Positions 62,871-64,000 of a stretch of 64,000 bases of DNA are shown piece after piece. The DNA is from Vicugna vicugna (taxonomy: Eukaryota). The notes beneath the pieces are model-generated. The model saw nothing but the letters and a program-made list of their open reading frames with translations. It made no database searches and had not been told where the DNA came from. The position numbers were made by a program, and so were the translations under genes. Within the stretch, counting starts at the first letter, position 1, and every line of letters starts with the position of its first letter. Where the stretch lies: contig MU058059.1 of the NCBI GenBank assembly GCA_013265495.1, forward strand, positions 2,393,502 to 2,457,501, read 5' to 3'.

Positions 62871-64000
62871 TTTCTGTTTTACAGCATCTTCCCTTTTGAG
62901 AACCCACTTTCCTCATTGTTGCCAGCATGTCTGCTTTTAGTGGTCTCTTCCTTTCTTGTGACTTTTTTGAAGGTTCAAAAAGCAGATAATACAATCTTTC
63001 TGTACTTGGCGAGAATGGGCTCTGAGTCATCCGAACGCATGCATGGACTCGATGACCTCTGTCTGGGCTGTTCAGGGCTTTTGTTTTGGTATCGTGACTC
63101 GCTAGGACTTAATTTCTCATGTTGCTGGTAGATAATTTGCTTCAAAACAGATGGATCCCCCATCTTCTCATCTGTTCATTTCACTGTTCACCACAAAATA
63201 TAAAGTCTGATAAGAAAATCTGAAAGATTAAACCAATGGAATGATTTTTATTTGAAAATACGATAAAACCCATTTAAAATTTTTTTCCGTACTGATTTTT
63301 AAGTATTCTTTGCCTTTAGTTGAGTTTTCTCCTCTGGGTGTGGAAATAACTCTCCCTAATGAGAGATTTAAAGATGCTCTCTAAAATGCTCTCCAAAAGA
63401 ACCGCCTCTCTGGCAGTTATCTCCCACGGGGTAAAGTAGCTTTCAAACCCCTCACAGTAACGGTTAGTTCTAAAGTATCTGACCCGTTTGTGTGCCAGGT
63501 GGGAGTTCAGCTCCCAGGAAGATCACTTAAGGCAGCAATGCAGCTCTTGAAAGAAGTTTTGTAAAAGCAAAACACCAAGAGAGAACAAAGCTTTTTAATG
63601 TGAACCATTGTGGCTTCTGGAAGAGCTCAGTTGCTCACTTGGAAGACATACTGCGATTCCTGAAACAGCTATGGAAGTGCTGTCCTCATGGGGTCCAGTC
63701 ACATCTCAAGTTCAGTGGTTGCCTTCAGGTTAATCCTTCTCAAGTTTGCACAGTGAATAAAGTGGATTGCAAGTATTCCTTCATCCTCCAAGACCAGGAA
63801 GATCATTATTTGCATTTGTGTGGAGTTTTGCAATGTCTCAGTGGTCGTCTAGGTGGAGTTCTTAATCTACCCTGACAATAGTCCTGAAGTTGCCTTGGCC
63901 ACTCTTTTCTGCATTGTCTCTCTGCCACTCAGTGATGTGAGTATCTCTCTGACATATACTTGTAACTTTGTATTCTAAGTACTTGATTACATGGTTGCCT

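Noticed and set aside
1..64000. Prokaryotic-type systems (CRISPR arrays, operons, defence islands), intact ERV or L1 ORFs, numts, snRNA/rRNA copies
   Set aside because: None seen. The sequence is mammalian repeat-rich non-coding DNA with no regular repeat-spacer array and no long intact ORF.

Overview
Mammalian non-coding DNA, most likely a camelid (alpaca/llama/camel). The taxon call rests on a young tRNA-Ala(AGC)-derived SINE of the Vic-1 type and cetartiodactyl-style L1 3' UTRs; I saw no Alu, B1, Bov-tA or PRE1 elements. I could not identify a convincing protein-coding exon or the host gene. The ORF track is essentially noise from repeats and random GC-rich sequence. The T-rich + strand and the antisense orientation of the longest L1s suggest a large intron of a + strand gene (inference). 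The window is a layered repeat landscape: many L1 fragments, L2/MIR relics, LTRs (MLT1, MLT2, LTR16, MER21 and a solo ERV1 LTR with a 4-bp TSD), DNA transposons (MER58B, Charlie1, Charlie4, MER3, two Tigger2-type MITEs) and microsatellites. Repeat family names come from recalled consensus sequences, not a search, and boundaries are approximate. I found no well-supported novel biological system. The best leads are a candidate STAT/ETS internal promoter with a short coding first exon at ~6.5 kb, a CpG-rich tract inside an ancient L1, unusual L1 structures (early A-tail, twin-priming inversion, an internally deleted 5'/ORF1 element), a CTCF-like site and a few hairpins.
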